The notes under the pieces: generated by a model
Databases searched by the model: none
Seen by the model: only the letters and a program-made list of their open reading frames with translations
What the model was told of the DNA's origin: nothing
Program-made: the position numbers and the translations under genes
DNA from: a virus
Reading direction: 5' to 3' (one strand)
Length of the DNA: 64,000 bases
IMG/VR virus record: IMGVR_UViG_3300036785_000370
Location: 7,991 to 71,990 of that record
Shown: piece by piece, positions 27,408 through 37,983 of the stretch
Layout: each line of letters starts with the position of its first letter
Numbering within the stretch: the first letter of the stretch is position 1

Positions 27408-29707
27408 GGACTGATGAATTTTACTTTGTAGAGGACACGTTTATGGGGAGGACGGCGTTACTGGATGCGTTTGCACAGAGTGATCTGGACATGCAGGGGC
27501 ACCACATAATTAACTGTCCGGATCTGACAGGAGGAGGAGGAGGTATGCCGAACAATTTTCCGCCGGTAGCGCATGAGTGGATAAACCAGTATAACTCTGG
27601 GAACGGTAATTTTGGGGCAAGTCGGCCGTTGACGACGGATCTGGGGGACTGGCCGAATCCGGTAGGGAACGTAGGGAGAGTGCTGACGGTGCTGGGGGCG
27701 ACGGGGACGGATCCGGACGTGAGCGCGACGTATGGATGGGTAACGCCGGCGATAAGCGTGGGGATAGTGAATGTAAGGTTAACGGGATTATCGAGCGGGA
27801 ACGCGGTTGGGGACGGTGTGCACGATGACACGTTGGCGATCCAGGGGGCGATAAACACGGTGGCGTCGGCTGGTTACACTTTGTATTTCCCGGCTGGTCA
27901 CTACCGGGTGACGGCGAAACTGACGGTGCCCGCGGGAGCGAAATTCACGATGCTTGGGGACAGTCCGTGGACGAGTCTGATAATAATGGATCTGTTAGTG
28001 ACGCCGGCTGGGGCGATACTGGATTTGAGCGGCTCGAGCGGGGTGCTGGTGAGTCGGATGGGATTTGACGGGATACTGAACACGGCTGCGACAGGGCAAG
28101 TGGTGCCGCAGAGGCACGGGATACTGGCGATAGGAGCAAACGCGGTGATTATAGACACGTGCGTGATCGCCTACTGTTCTGGGTACGGGATAATCATTGA
28201 ACAGAGTTTCGAGGCGCGAGTGCAGGACACCTTTGTTGGGGTGATGGGAGTTGGCGGGATAATATTGGTTTTTTGTCCGCAGAGTCTGGTGCGCGGGAAC
28301 GTAGTGAGCGACGCGATGGAAGGCGGGATATGGGTGTTAAACAGTCCATCGTGCACGATAGCGAGTAACCAGATTTACTCGTGTGCGGCGAACACGGCTG
28401 GGCTGTACGCGATTGACAGTGACAACTCGGCTATAACAGGGAACGTGGTGCAGCAATGCGCGGTTGGCGCGCTGATAGGGGTAAGCTCGACGCGGGCGCA
28501 GGGCTCGAGTTGGGATCAGAATGTTTCTTACGGGTATGCGTTTGTTGGGAACACAATAAGCCGAAATTATTTTGGCGGGGTAAACGTGTTTAACGCGCAC
28601 GGGTTCAAGATCACTGGGAACGTGATAACGGACAACGGGGCTGGGGCGAGCGACGGGACGACAGGGTACACGATAGAGCCTGGGATGATGGTGCTGGGCA
28701 CCCCGAGCAATGGCGCTGGATATCAATTGGGCGACGTGGTGACGTTGGACCCGGCAAACGGTGTATCGACAAGGGTAGCAAAAGCGGTGGTGACCGGGAT
28801 AGGCAACGGCGGGACGATATTGCCAGAGGGACTGACAGTAATTGATTACGGCGCTTACACGACGTTCCCGACAAACCCGGTGCTGTTGACTGGCGGTCAC
28901 GCGACGACGGCTGCGAAATGTTACTTTACCGATTCGCGGATAGCCAATGGCGGGAGCGGCTACATGGTTGGGCAAGTGCTATTCCACGCTGCGCCGATAT
29001 ATCCGACGGCGCACGGGGCGTATAACCCGGTACGTGTGATGGTGAACGCGGTCGGGGCCGGTGGGGCGGTAACGAGCTACGTGGTGCTGGATGGCGGTGG
29101 ATACACGGACACAAGTTTCGGGACGTTGCCGATGAGCCAGGACGCATTTGCGCCTATGGACGGGCCGATAGACGTGGTGCCGGGGCTATTGAGTGATCCG
29201 AGCGTGAGTACAGGCGCCGGGCCTTTGGCGGGGATGGATCGCGCGGATCTGCCGCCGACTGGGAGTGGTTTTGTGATCGCTCCGTGCTGGGGGCGGCGGT
29301 ATTCGGTTTTAAACAGTCCAGCTGGCGCGGGGGCGACGTATAATCTGGAGACATACCACTGGATCAACAGTGGAGTGGTCAGCGGGAACATCATAAGCCG
29401 TTGCCGGACTGGGAACGGATATCTGAATTTGGGGACGGTGAATCCTAGCCCGGGATGGACGACTGTTCCTGGGAGCGACAGAGCGGGCTACATAGTGTTC
29501 ACTGGGAACAGCATGGTAGGGAACGCGACGCCGTTCAGCGGCGGGTTCGCGGTGCCGGGAGGTCATGTGACGCGCGACAGCTATTACAACGTCGCGGCGA
29601 CGCCGACTGGGACTGGGAAAAGCTCGATCTTCGACGCGGAGGTTTACGATTTCAGTAGTCCAACCCGGGTATTAATAGGCAATGCTGCATTGAACATGAT
29701 CGAGTAA
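27404..29707 (+). CDS. Tail spike / depolymerase with right-handed parallel beta-helix
   Basis: GDGVHDDTLAIQGAIN..LYFPAG.Y (pectate lyase 3-like), repeated I.GN.I and G.GI rungs, G.GY..G repeats; start GTG 27404 or ATG 27443. Confidence 0.8.
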   Translation: MRTDEFYFVEDTFMGRTALLDAFAQSDLDMQGHHIINCPDLTGGGGGMPNNFPPVAHEWINQYNSGNGNFGASRPLTTDLGDWPNPVGNVGRVLTVLGATGTDPDVSATYGWVTPAISVGIVNVRLTGLSSGNAVGDGVHDDTLAIQGAINTVASAGYTLYFPAGHYRVTAKLTVPAGAKFTMLGDSPWTSLIIMDLLVTPAGAILDLSGSSGVLVSRMGFDGILNTAATGQVVPQRHGILAIGANAVIIDTCVIAYCSGYGIIIEQSFEARVQDTFVGVMGVGGIILVFCPQSLVRGNVVSDAMEGGIWVLNSPSCTIASNQIYSCAANTAGLYAIDSDNSAITGNVVQQCAVGALIGVSSTRAQGSSWDQNVSYGYAFVGNTISRNYFGGVNVFNAHGFKITGNVITDNGAGASDGTTGYTIEPGMMVLGTPSNGAGYQLGDVVTLDPANGVSTRVAKAVVTGIGNGGTILPEGLTVIDYGAYTTFPTNPVLLTGGHATTAAKCYFTDSRIANGGSGYMVGQVLFHAAPIYPTAHGAYNPVRVMVNAVGAGGAVTSYVVLDGGGYTDTSFGTLPMSQDAFAPMDGPIDVVPGLLSDPSVSTGAGPLAGMDRADLPPTGSGFVIAPCWGRRYSVLNSPAGAGATYNLETYHWINSGVVSGNIISRCRTGNGYLNLGTVNPSPGWTTVPGSDRAGYIVFTGNSMVGNATPFSGGFAVPGGHVTRDSYYNVAATPTGTGKSSIFDAEVYDFSSPTRVLIGNAALNMIE

Positions 29708-29720
29708 GAGGAGGAAAAAG

Positions 29721-30158
29721 ATGAAAAAAGGTTATCAGGAAGGCGGGGTTCCGCCGGCCGCAGGAGACGGAGATGGCGGCGGCGGCGACATAGATTTGGG
29801 GCAGCAGCCGGAGGGATTGGGGCCAGGGATGGCGGACATGCCTACTGGGGGCGGGGTCGGCGGTGGGCCGGCGGCGATGCAATATCCGAGTGTGATGTTG
29901 CAGGGGGACGAGGGCTTGTCGAAGATCCCTGACAGCGGGCGCTCGATAATTCATCACGCGGTGGTGAGCCGGAGGGTGCACACGCCGCAGCACGGGAAGC
30001 ACAAGGGGAAACAGCGGCACGAGGTGGAGATCCATCTGAAATCGATCCGGCCGATTCGCGGGTATAAGAAGGCGGAGTCCAAGAGCAAGCCATCGGATGA
30101 TGAGAGAGCGATGAAAAAACTGATGGGCGATCAGGATGACGAGGGCGAAGAGGAGTAG
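29721..30158 (+). CDS. Low-complexity protein beginning with the YQEGGV motif
   Basis: Strong RBS (GAGGAGG); MKKGYQEGGV. Confidence 0.6.
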   Translation: MKKGYQEGGVPPAAGDGDGGGGDIDLGQQPEGLGPGMADMPTGGGVGGGPAAMQYPSVMLQGDEGLSKIPDSGRSIIHHAVVSRRVHTPQHGKHKGKQRHEVEIHLKSIRPIRGYKKAESKSKPSDDERAMKKLMGDQDDEGEEE

Positions 30159-30162
30159 ATGA

Positions 30163-32625
30163 ATGCGTGTCGCCGATATCTATCCCGAAGCCAGCGAGTA
30201 TCTGGGGACGAACGACCAGCCGCATGTGTTTCGGCATTGCACGCGCGCGGCTGAATATCTAGCGGCCAAAGGCGACTGGGACATACTGAAAGGGTATGTC
30301 GATCTGCCGATCCAGAACCAGAACCTGGTGGTGTTGCCGTGGCAGGTTGAAACGCCGCTCAAATTCACCGTCGACAGTATCCCGGCGTTTTCGAAGGACA
30401 GGCTTTTTGAATTTTCGCTGAACGGTTTTGGGAGCAACCCTGGAAGCGATCGGGTTGACTATGCGTGGGAAGACCGCGGGTTCGTGCCGACGTCGATAAT
30501 CCCGCCGGAGGACGGCTTCAGGGTGGCGATTGGGCCGTCAACGGTTAACGCTGGGAAACGGATTTTCCTGCAAGGGGCGACGGTAAACAAGATCGAGGTC
30601 ACCGAGACGATGACTATCGATGCGACCAACTGGTTCATTTCAAGCCATCACTTCGGGAAACTGACAGAGGTAAACAAGGAGATAACGACAGGCGCAGTCA
30701 GCCTTTACTACGTCGCGCCGCCGCCGGCGAACGACAATTTCGCGAGCGCGCAGCTAATAAGCGGAGCCAATCAAGATCCGGCGAATCTTGTGATCGGGAC
30801 GACGGTGAACGCGACCGTGGAAGCTGGGGAGCCGGATACGGGAGGGTCTGGCGGCTCTCCCGATGTCATAGTCGCGGTGAACACGGTCTGGTTTAAATGG
30901 GTAGGAATCAACAGCGCGTTGAATGCGAATTTTTGGACTCGCGGCGATCACGCGATAGACGTCTTCACTGGGACAGGGTTAACGGTTTTGAATCTGGTGG
31001 TGCGCTCAACGGTCGCTTCCAACGGATTTGCGGTGGCAACGTTTCTACAGACTTTTGGGACGACATACTATATTAGAGTGCGGCCGCTGACGGCTGGTCA
31101 AGCGGGTCTATATAGTCTTGGTTGGAGTTCGTCGCCGCCGCCGCCGCCGCACGGGCCGCCGCTTCCGCCGCAACCTGTGGATCCGAGTGTTGGAGTGCCG
31201 GACGCGTTACCGATCCCGGTGCCGCCAGATCCAGATCCGAATGCGCCTGGGCCGCCGTTGCCGCCGACGCCAGATCCGCCCACTGGCCTGACGTTGATCG
31301 CGCAATATTATCCGAACGAGACCAACCCGCATTACAGACTTATCAGATTAAGCAAGACCGGGGTGACGGCGCGGTTCCTGTTCCGTCGGAAGATCTTCAA
31401 GATCTATTCGCTGGACGATTTCATCCCGATCCAGAGTGAGCTCGGATTCCTGACGATGTTGCAGGCGATCCAGGCGTTGCGCCGGAAAGATCTGACAAAC
31501 GCAAAAGCGCTCGCGGACGCCGCGGTAGAGATAACGACGGACGCGCAGCGGGCGACGACAGGATTTATAGAGCTGGCGAACAACACCGAGGTGCAATCCG
31601 CTCGGGATTACAACATTTACAACCGGGATTCGGTGATAATGCTCGATGTGTTCGATGATATCGCCAAAATTCTTGGGAACGTAGGGCAATTCAACATTTT
31701 TGACGTCACAACGAACGCGTTAGAGGCGCTTTGCAACAAGGGGCATTACGACGGACTGACTGGCTACGTCGATATTCAGACTGACGGATGGCGATACGCC
31801 ACGTTGCCGCGGTTCGTGGATCAGCCGATAGCGATATCGATAAACGGTCAGCCGGCTTACATGCGAAACAAATGGAGTGAATTCCATTTGAACGGGCCCG
31901 GGTCGGATGAGTATGGCGGTCAATGGATGGGCGGCTCGTTCTACGGCCACAGCGGGAGCGGTCGCTGGGGCCAGATCCGAGCGTGGGATACGATCGGCCA
32001 GGTGGTGACGATAAAGCCGTTGCAGGCGGTGTCGCAGTTGGTGGCGATTCCCGATTCGACCAATGATGACGGAAAAACGATGCGGATCTACGGATACGAC
32101 GACACCGGGAAACGGATCCTCGGCGCGGACGGTCAGGACGGGTTTGTGGTGACTGTGGATCACAATAAGATCGTCCCGAACATCAACACTGATCAGAAGG
32201 TTGCGCGGATCGACCGGATAACGCGCCAGGCCACGAGCAATTTCGTGAGGCTTTACGCGTTCGACAACGTGACGCAGACCACCTCGGTGCTGCTGGGATA
32301 TTATTATCCGGACGAGACCGAGCCGCAGTATTTCAGGATCAAGCTGCCGTTTGACGCGTATTGGATCCGGTTGCGGTATAGGAAGAGGACTTACAAGATC
32401 ACGAGTGTGTGGCAGCCGCTGCATCTGTTTTCGAAGCTAGCGATCGTCACAATGGTTCGCTCGGTGAGTATTCTCGATGGCGGCGACGCCGGCGCGGCAC
32501 AGGTGATGGAGGACAAGGCGGTGAAATATCTGGATGACGATCAGAAGGCGCGCAATCCCGGGGAAACCTTCCAGCTCCAGTTCAATGAAGACGCAGGTTG
32601 GAATAGCGGATTTGTACTCTCGTGA
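30163..32625 (+). CDS. Putative head-tail adaptor (tubular protein A-like), tandemly duplicated with an inserted beta-sandwich domain
   Basis: Two homologous halves (KG..D.L.GYVD, EF.LNG.GS, YYP.ET.P.Y); NDNFASA...VWFKW...YYIRV insert flanked by Pro-rich linkers; located before the nozzle-like gene. Confidence 0.55.
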   Translation: MRVADIYPEASEYLGTNDQPHVFRHCTRAAEYLAAKGDWDILKGYVDLPIQNQNLVVLPWQVETPLKFTVDSIPAFSKDRLFEFSLNGFGSNPGSDRVDYAWEDRGFVPTSIIPPEDGFRVAIGPSTVNAGKRIFLQGATVNKIEVTETMTIDATNWFISSHHFGKLTEVNKEITTGAVSLYYVAPPPANDNFASAQLISGANQDPANLVIGTTVNATVEAGEPDTGGSGGSPDVIVAVNTVWFKWVGINSALNANFWTRGDHAIDVFTGTGLTVLNLVVRSTVASNGFAVATFLQTFGTTYYIRVRPLTAGQAGLYSLGWSSSPPPPPHGPPLPPQPVDPSVGVPDALPIPVPPDPDPNAPGPPLPPTPDPPTGLTLIAQYYPNETNPHYRLIRLSKTGVTARFLFRRKIFKIYSLDDFIPIQSELGFLTMLQAIQALRRKDLTNAKALADAAVEITTDAQRATTGFIELANNTEVQSARDYNIYNRDSVIMLDVFDDIAKILGNVGQFNIFDVTTNALEALCNKGHYDGLTGYVDIQTDGWRYATLPRFVDQPIAISINGQPAYMRNKWSEFHLNGPGSDEYGGQWMGGSFYGHSGSGRWGQIRAWDTIGQVVTIKPLQAVSQLVAIPDSTNDDGKTMRIYGYDDTGKRILGADGQDGFVVTVDHNKIVPNINTDQKVARIDRITRQATSNFVRLYAFDNVTQTTSVLLGYYYPDETEPQYFRIKLPFDAYWIRLRYRKRTYKITSVWQPLHLFSKLAIVTMVRSVSILDGGDAGAAQVMEDKAVKYLDDDQKARNPGETFQLQFNEDAGWNSGFVLS

Positions 32626-32628
32626 TTT

Positions 32629-33036
32629 ATGATTACCTGTGGCCACAATCATCATTTAAACACTGAGGAGAAGTGTTACACCTGCTACAGCAGGGATTAC
32701 TACCACAAGCATAATCAAAAGCTTCGCGCCGCAGCCAGACAGCGATACAAGAAAAGCGATAAAGAGAGGTTTCGATTTGCTCATGCCAAATGCAGGCATG
32801 GCGTGACGCCTAAAGAGTGGAAGAAAATCCAGAGCATTAAATCATGTCAGATTTGCGGGAGGAAGTTTCCAACTCCGAGATCTAAGCAGATCGACCACGA
32901 TCACATCGACAATCACATTCGCGGAGTCCTGTGCAACAAATGTAACTCGGCGCTCGGAACCTTCGGCGACACCATAGAAGGATTACAACGAGCTATGGAC
33001 TACTTGTTGCTGGATTTAACACAGATAGTCTCTTAG
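32629..33036 (+). CDS. Endonuclease VII-like HNH endonuclease
   Basis: CQICG...IDHDH....RGVLC..CN.ALG. Confidence 0.85.
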   Translation: MITCGHNHHLNTEEKCYTCYSRDYYHKHNQKLRAAARQRYKKSDKERFRFAHAKCRHGVTPKEWKKIQSIKSCQICGRKFPTPRSKQIDHDHIDNHIRGVLCNKCNSALGTFGDTIEGLQRAMDYLLLDLTQIVS

Positions 33037-33040
33037 GGCC

Positions 33041-35026
33041 ATGCCAGAGCAGCAACAGAGCCCACTGCTTCCGCCGGTTGAAGACGGCCCGTGGTCAAGA
33101 GGCGCTGATAGTTACAACGAAGCGACGCAGGTTCAGAAAACTTTTTTTCGGTGGGGTGTCAACGTGACTAACCGTGGCGGGATAGTAAGAACGCGACCTG
33201 GGATGAGTGTTCTTCCTGTGAACTGGAGAGGTGTTCCACGTGGAATAACAATATTCACGGACAAGAGAGGCCACACGTTTCTGGTAGTCGCCGTAAATAA
33301 CAACATCCTTTACCTGAGATATCCATTTCATCCTGCTGTTGGTTGGAAAAGGATTTCCCAGTTATCATTCATCGGACATGGTCCAGTGGTGTTTACTCCA
33401 TGCGTCCAGAGCGTGACTGAAGCAGCTGACGGCACCCTGACCGACATCGATCCGGTGCCGATGATACTCATTCAGGACGGCGTTTCTCGAGCTGCGTATT
33501 GGGATGGGACGACCGGCCGGCATCTCGACCCGGCCAAGAAAGTTCCTTTCGGCGGCCCGAGCGAAACGCCGATCGGACTTTGGGCGGCATGGAGCGGAAA
33601 TCGTTACTGGGTGTCAGACGGGAACCGATTGAGGGCATCGAATCTTCTCAATCCGATAAAATTCACTGAGGAAGATCTGCTGGAGGAAGGCGGGTTTTTG
33701 GTGTTCCCGACTCAGATTACCGCGGTAAGCAACACACGGGATTTTCGAGATCTGCTCGTGTTTACGGATCAGGATACGACCTCGGTGATGAGTTCGTTGA
33801 TCGACAGAACGCAATGGTCGCAGACGCAGGGCTTTCAGACGGTGATAATTAATGGGATCGGGTGCGTCGGCGGCAACGCCATAACGACTCAATGGGGATT
33901 AAAATGGTGGTATAGCCATGACGGTCTTGTAAGGCTCGATGAAGGCTTGCAGGCTTACCAGAGCAACAAGGTCACGTATCGCGATCGCGAGATGCAATGG
34001 AGCAAGGGGAACATCTCAAAAGATTTCAAGAGATTCATCGCGCTGGGGTCATTCGAGAACCTGCTCATGGTGAGTGTGCCGAGCGGCGACATTTACAATT
34101 CGCACACGTGGGTCATGGATGAAGCGCCACTGGATAACCTGACCTACTGGGGATATTTCGGGTTGCCGGCGTGGAGCAGTATATGGGAGGGGATAAGACC
34201 GGTAGCGTGGATAACAGGTGCGATCGACGGGGTGAACAGGACATTTTGCATCAGCAATGATTACATCACCGATCAGAACAACGTCTGGGAATGCGTCACC
34301 GGCGCGCGGGTTGACGAATCTGTAGACAATCAGTTTAAGACGCTGATACGGGAGATCACCTGCTCACTGGAAACGAAGCTGATCGGATACGACGGCAACT
34401 ACAAGTTTTTCCGGTTCGCAGAGATCTACCTGGATAACGTTGAAGGAGAAGTCGATTTAACGGTGAGCTACGCTCCGCGGCGCGGCGGCTACAAGGTCAT
34501 CCTGCAAAAGCATATCATCTCGAGCGACTGGATAATCCAGAACCCGAGGACACAGATCGTGACGCCGGGGGACCCAGACAATCCGCCGTTCATATTCGAT
34601 GCCACGCGGCCGCAGACTCGCACGGTGAGGACGATATCCGAAGCGAAGAGTTACACCGGGCCGAACACCGGCGACGACATTTACCAGGGTGTGCAGACAA
34701 GCGCGAACGTGCCGTTCCCGCGCCAGAAAGACAAGGGATTTTCGCTTCTGCTGCAATGGACAGGGCGCATGTCGATCTCGAGTGCGTGCGCTTATTTCGA
34801 TGCTGAGGAACAAGAGATTGAAGGAATCGCGGAAGTGGACGAGACGAGTGACAGATTCGTGGACATGGCTGGGTTCAACAAGATCACGCCGGCGCCACAG
34901 ACACCGTATATCATCGATCCTCTATCGATGGATTTTATGAGCAACGTTATCACGGGCACCGCGGCGCTGTGGGCCGATGTGAATCCAACCACGGGAACAG
35001 CGCCTCTTTATAGATCCACCGGCTAA
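33041..35026 (+). CDS. Putative tail nozzle / tubular protein B (beta-propeller-like)
   Basis: N.TNRGG.VRTRPG start, Trp-rich beta composition, 661 aa, position in the tail block. Confidence 0.6.
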   Translation: MPEQQQSPLLPPVEDGPWSRGADSYNEATQVQKTFFRWGVNVTNRGGIVRTRPGMSVLPVNWRGVPRGITIFTDKRGHTFLVVAVNNNILYLRYPFHPAVGWKRISQLSFIGHGPVVFTPCVQSVTEAADGTLTDIDPVPMILIQDGVSRAAYWDGTTGRHLDPAKKVPFGGPSETPIGLWAAWSGNRYWVSDGNRLRASNLLNPIKFTEEDLLEEGGFLVFPTQITAVSNTRDFRDLLVFTDQDTTSVMSSLIDRTQWSQTQGFQTVIINGIGCVGGNAITTQWGLKWWYSHDGLVRLDEGLQAYQSNKVTYRDREMQWSKGNISKDFKRFIALGSFENLLMVSVPSGDIYNSHTWVMDEAPLDNLTYWGYFGLPAWSSIWEGIRPVAWITGAIDGVNRTFCISNDYITDQNNVWECVTGARVDESVDNQFKTLIREITCSLETKLIGYDGNYKFFRFAEIYLDNVEGEVDLTVSYAPRRGGYKVILQKHIISSDWIIQNPRTQIVTPGDPDNPPFIFDATRPQTRTVRTISEAKSYTGPNTGDDIYQGVQTSANVPFPRQKDKGFSLLLQWTGRMSISSACAYFDAEEQEIEGIAEVDETSDRFVDMAGFNKITPAPQTPYIIDPLSMDFMSNVITGTAALWADVNPTTGTAPLYRSTG

Positions 35027-35031
35027 AAAGT

Positions 35032-36168
35032 ATGAATATCACTCAAGATTTCCCGATCAAGCTTAAGTCTGGGACGCTTCCGGCCGGCGCGGTCTACAAC
35101 GCGCAGACATATTTTGACGCCATCGTGGCGCGAATGACTGCCACGGTATCCGCGGATAACGTCATTTGGGGACAATTGGGCGGCACTGAACCACCTGGGG
35201 AATTAGACGGGGTCAACGACCAAGCTGGTCTGTGGTTTGGGAATCCAGATACCGACGGGATGGGCTACTGGAATGACTGGAACACTGACGCTAAGAAATA
35301 TCTGCCTATTCCCCTGGTCTGTGGGCAATACACTGGCGGTAACCTGCGAACGACAGAGTTCGTTTGCGGCGCGGTGACGGCTGACACTACGATCACCACG
35401 CCAGACGGCAGCGGGACGCTCGCGCTCCAGAGTGACCTCATTCAGGCATTGGGGATACAGACCTTCAGCAACATGCCAGCGACGATGAACATCGACTGGA
35501 GCAATCGTGCGCCTGTCTACATCCTGATGAACGGCAACCTGACCATTAACGCCACGAATGATAAGGATGGTCTGGTAATGGATTTTTACTTGGAGAATCC
35601 CACTGGCGCGGTGCAAGCTACGACATGGACGGTGACGATGCCCGGCGTCGTTTGGCCTATAGTAACGACAGGTACTCAAGATCCCGCTTTGAGTCAGGGG
35701 GCACTTACTTTTCGGGTAATAGACCACATCCGAGTCTACCGCGCTGGAGGAGTGAAATTCGGTCAGGTAGTTGCAAGGAACTACAGGATTGCACTCGGTA
35801 GCGATCACATCATACCGACGCCAACTGGTGCTACAGGAACTGGGAATAGGATTGACGTAGAATTCAATGGTCCTCTCGCGGGCGGCTCGTATCCGACAGC
35901 TGATCTGGGTGATTTCACGGTTCTGGTTACTGGAACCGCAGACAATGTCACCAGTGCCATCTATTCAGGTAATACGCTGACGGTGAACCTGACTAAGGCA
36001 ATGAAGAACACTGACACGGTCACCATCGCTTACGCTGGCTCAGATCTGAAGGCGTTAAACGGCAACACGATCGCTCATTGGGCTGCGCTTAACGTTGATC
36101 TGACCGAGAACGGCGGCATACATAACGCCAGAACAGGCCCGACAGGCCAGCCGACATCACCACCATGA
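35032..36168 (+). CDS. Tail fibre / receptor-binding protein
   Basis: Thr/Gly/Asn-rich; T.PD.SGTLAL fibre motif; C-terminal Ig-like segment. Confidence 0.55.
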   Translation: MNITQDFPIKLKSGTLPAGAVYNAQTYFDAIVARMTATVSADNVIWGQLGGTEPPGELDGVNDQAGLWFGNPDTDGMGYWNDWNTDAKKYLPIPLVCGQYTGGNLRTTEFVCGAVTADTTITTPDGSGTLALQSDLIQALGIQTFSNMPATMNIDWSNRAPVYILMNGNLTINATNDKDGLVMDFYLENPTGAVQATTWTVTMPGVVWPIVTTGTQDPALSQGALTFRVIDHIRVYRAGGVKFGQVVARNYRIALGSDHIIPTPTGATGTGNRIDVEFNGPLAGGSYPTADLGDFTVLVTGTADNVTSAIYSGNTLTVNLTKAMKNTDTVTIAYAGSDLKALNGNTIAHWAALNVDLTENGGIHNARTGPTGQPTSPP

Positions 36169-36563
36169 CCAGAGAGCACATCAAATTCGGAATAATACGA
36201 ACGCAAGAAGAGCTGCAGTCACTAGCGGCGTTCGCGAAATCGTTTGATCACAACGTAGGACTCGATTCGATCCGGCCTATCTTCACTATAGAGCGTGGGG
36301 ATCAGATGATCGGCTACTTCAACGTGCTGCTGTATCCGATTGTAGCGCCTTCTTTGCATCCTGCCATTTGTACTCCTCGGGATTTCAACGACGCCCTCGC
36401 GGCCATGAGGAATCATTACTGTTTTTTGTCTATCGGCGAGCAGTTTCCGTATGGAACGTCTTTTATGGCGGTGCCAACGAACACTGAGATCGAAAACAGC
36501 GTGTTCGAGAGAAACGGGTTCGTGAACACGAAAAAAGAGATCTGGCAGTGCATACCTAAATAA
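36165..36563 (+). CDS. Hypothetical protein, possibly GNAT-like tail assembly protein
   Basis: Size, terminal FERNGF motif, position before the ejection-like genes. Confidence 0.35.
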   Translation: MTREHIKFGIIRTQEELQSLAAFAKSFDHNVGLDSIRPIFTIERGDQMIGYFNVLLYPIVAPSLHPAICTPRDFNDALAAMRNHYCFLSIGEQFPYGTSFMAVPTNTEIENSVFERNGFVNTKKEIWQCIPK

Positions 36564-36570
36564 AACAGAT

Positions 36571-37194
36571 ATGGGCAGCGTGTTTGGAGGCGGCGGGAAC
36601 GTGAAAGCGCCCAACCCGCCTAAACCTCTTCAGATTGATTTGAATCAGATGCAGAACGACGCAGTCGCTGGCGACCAGGCGGCTTGGGCCGCCGGCGACC
36701 AGTATATGTCGCAATATTACCCACAGCTGACGCAGGCCCGCGATAGCATGATCGGTCAGGCTTACGGCGCGCTGACGGGTCCGGTTGATCCGAGTCTCGA
36801 GAACGCTTTCGTGAATTCGTCCAACGTTGGATCGATAAATGCGCTCGGGAGCGGCGACCAGGGGTTTGGATTGTCGACAGGCAGCCTGGGGCGGAATGCG
36901 TCAGAAGCAAAGGTCGCGCAAGACGTACAAGGCTACCAGGATTACAACCGATCGTTCTTCGAAAATCTCAATAGCACGTTCGCTCCGCGCTCGTTTGGGC
37001 TGACGCCGGAAGATGCCGCGAACATCTTCACGTTTAACACGACCCAGATGAACAATTATCTGCAACAGAAATTCGGCGCCCAGACCCAAGCCTATTATCA
37101 GAACCAAGGGCAGTCGGCGGCAGCAGGTGGTGCTCTATTTGGAGCAGGGGCGAGCATCATCAGTGCAGTAATACCCGCGCTCATTGCCGCATGA
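36571..37194 (+). CDS. Putative ejection (pilot) protein
   Basis: MG..FGGGG...AP start, Gln/Asn/Ala-rich, hydrophobic Gly-Ala C-terminus. Confidence 0.55.
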   Translation: MGSVFGGGGNVKAPNPPKPLQIDLNQMQNDAVAGDQAAWAAGDQYMSQYYPQLTQARDSMIGQAYGALTGPVDPSLENAFVNSSNVGSINALGSGDQGFGLSTGSLGRNASEAKVAQDVQGYQDYNRSFFENLNSTFAPRSFGLTPEDAANIFTFNTTQMNNYLQQKFGAQTQAYYQNQGQSAAAGGALFGAGASIISAVIPALIAA

Positions 37195-37982
37195 TGACCA
37201 AACTCGATAGCACAGTTGGCAGGTTGGAAGAATGGTTCAATAAATTCGACCAGCCAGTAATGATGTCGTCCTTCGGGAAGGATTCGATGGTGATGTTATT
37301 CATCGTTTTCAGGATCATGCGTAAGAGGATTCCAGTGATCTATCACGGGAGCCCGTGGAAACCGTGGAAGAACGATTTCGCTCAAGGCGTCATCAAAGCA
37401 TATCAGCTTGAAGTCTACGATTACCTGCCGACCGCGAGCGGGATCAAGGTCAAGCCAGAACGGCTGGAGATCGTTAACGTTTATCAGATGGGCAAGGAGC
37501 CGCATCACGCAATCCAGCTTCCAGTAAACATCCTGCCGCCAGATAAAAACTTCCTGTGCGGATTGCGAATGCTTGCGCGGCCAAAGGGAGGGATCTTATA
37601 TCAGTGGAATCTGACCCTGATCGGCCATAAATCATGCGACGTAGACCAGTTCGAAGGTCACATGCCTCTGAAGTCTGATCTGGTTGAAATAGAAGGGATG
37701 CCTGCCGTTGGATTCCCGCTTAAAGACTGGTCTGAGGAAGAACTGTGGGAGTTTATCGAGCAGAGGCGTGTACCAGTGCAATACGGGACGCGATACAAGG
37801 AGCGCAAAGAGATCGAGGACAAAGATTTCAATAATGATTACATCGAGGCGTGCACGGCGTGCATCGATCCGCGAAACCCAGAGACGGTCTATTGTCCGCT
37901 GGTCAACCGCGAGATCCCCAACGTGTCGGCCAACATTCTGAAATTTGAAGGCAAACCTAGTTACATAGAAGGCGAGACTTAA
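37191..37982 (+). CDS. Second PAPS reductase-like (PP-loop) protein, within the virion module
   Basis: SFGKDS PP-loop, G.K..D, PL.DWSEEELW.FI, C..C...CP. Confidence 0.7.
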   Translation: MMTKLDSTVGRLEEWFNKFDQPVMMSSFGKDSMVMLFIVFRIMRKRIPVIYHGSPWKPWKNDFAQGVIKAYQLEVYDYLPTASGIKVKPERLEIVNVYQMGKEPHHAIQLPVNILPPDKNFLCGLRMLARPKGGILYQWNLTLIGHKSCDVDQFEGHMPLKSDLVEIEGMPAVGFPLKDWSEEELWEFIEQRRVPVQYGTRYKERKEIEDKDFNNDYIEACTACIDPRNPETVYCPLVNREIPNVSANILKFEGKPSYIEGET

Positions 37983-37983
37983 T

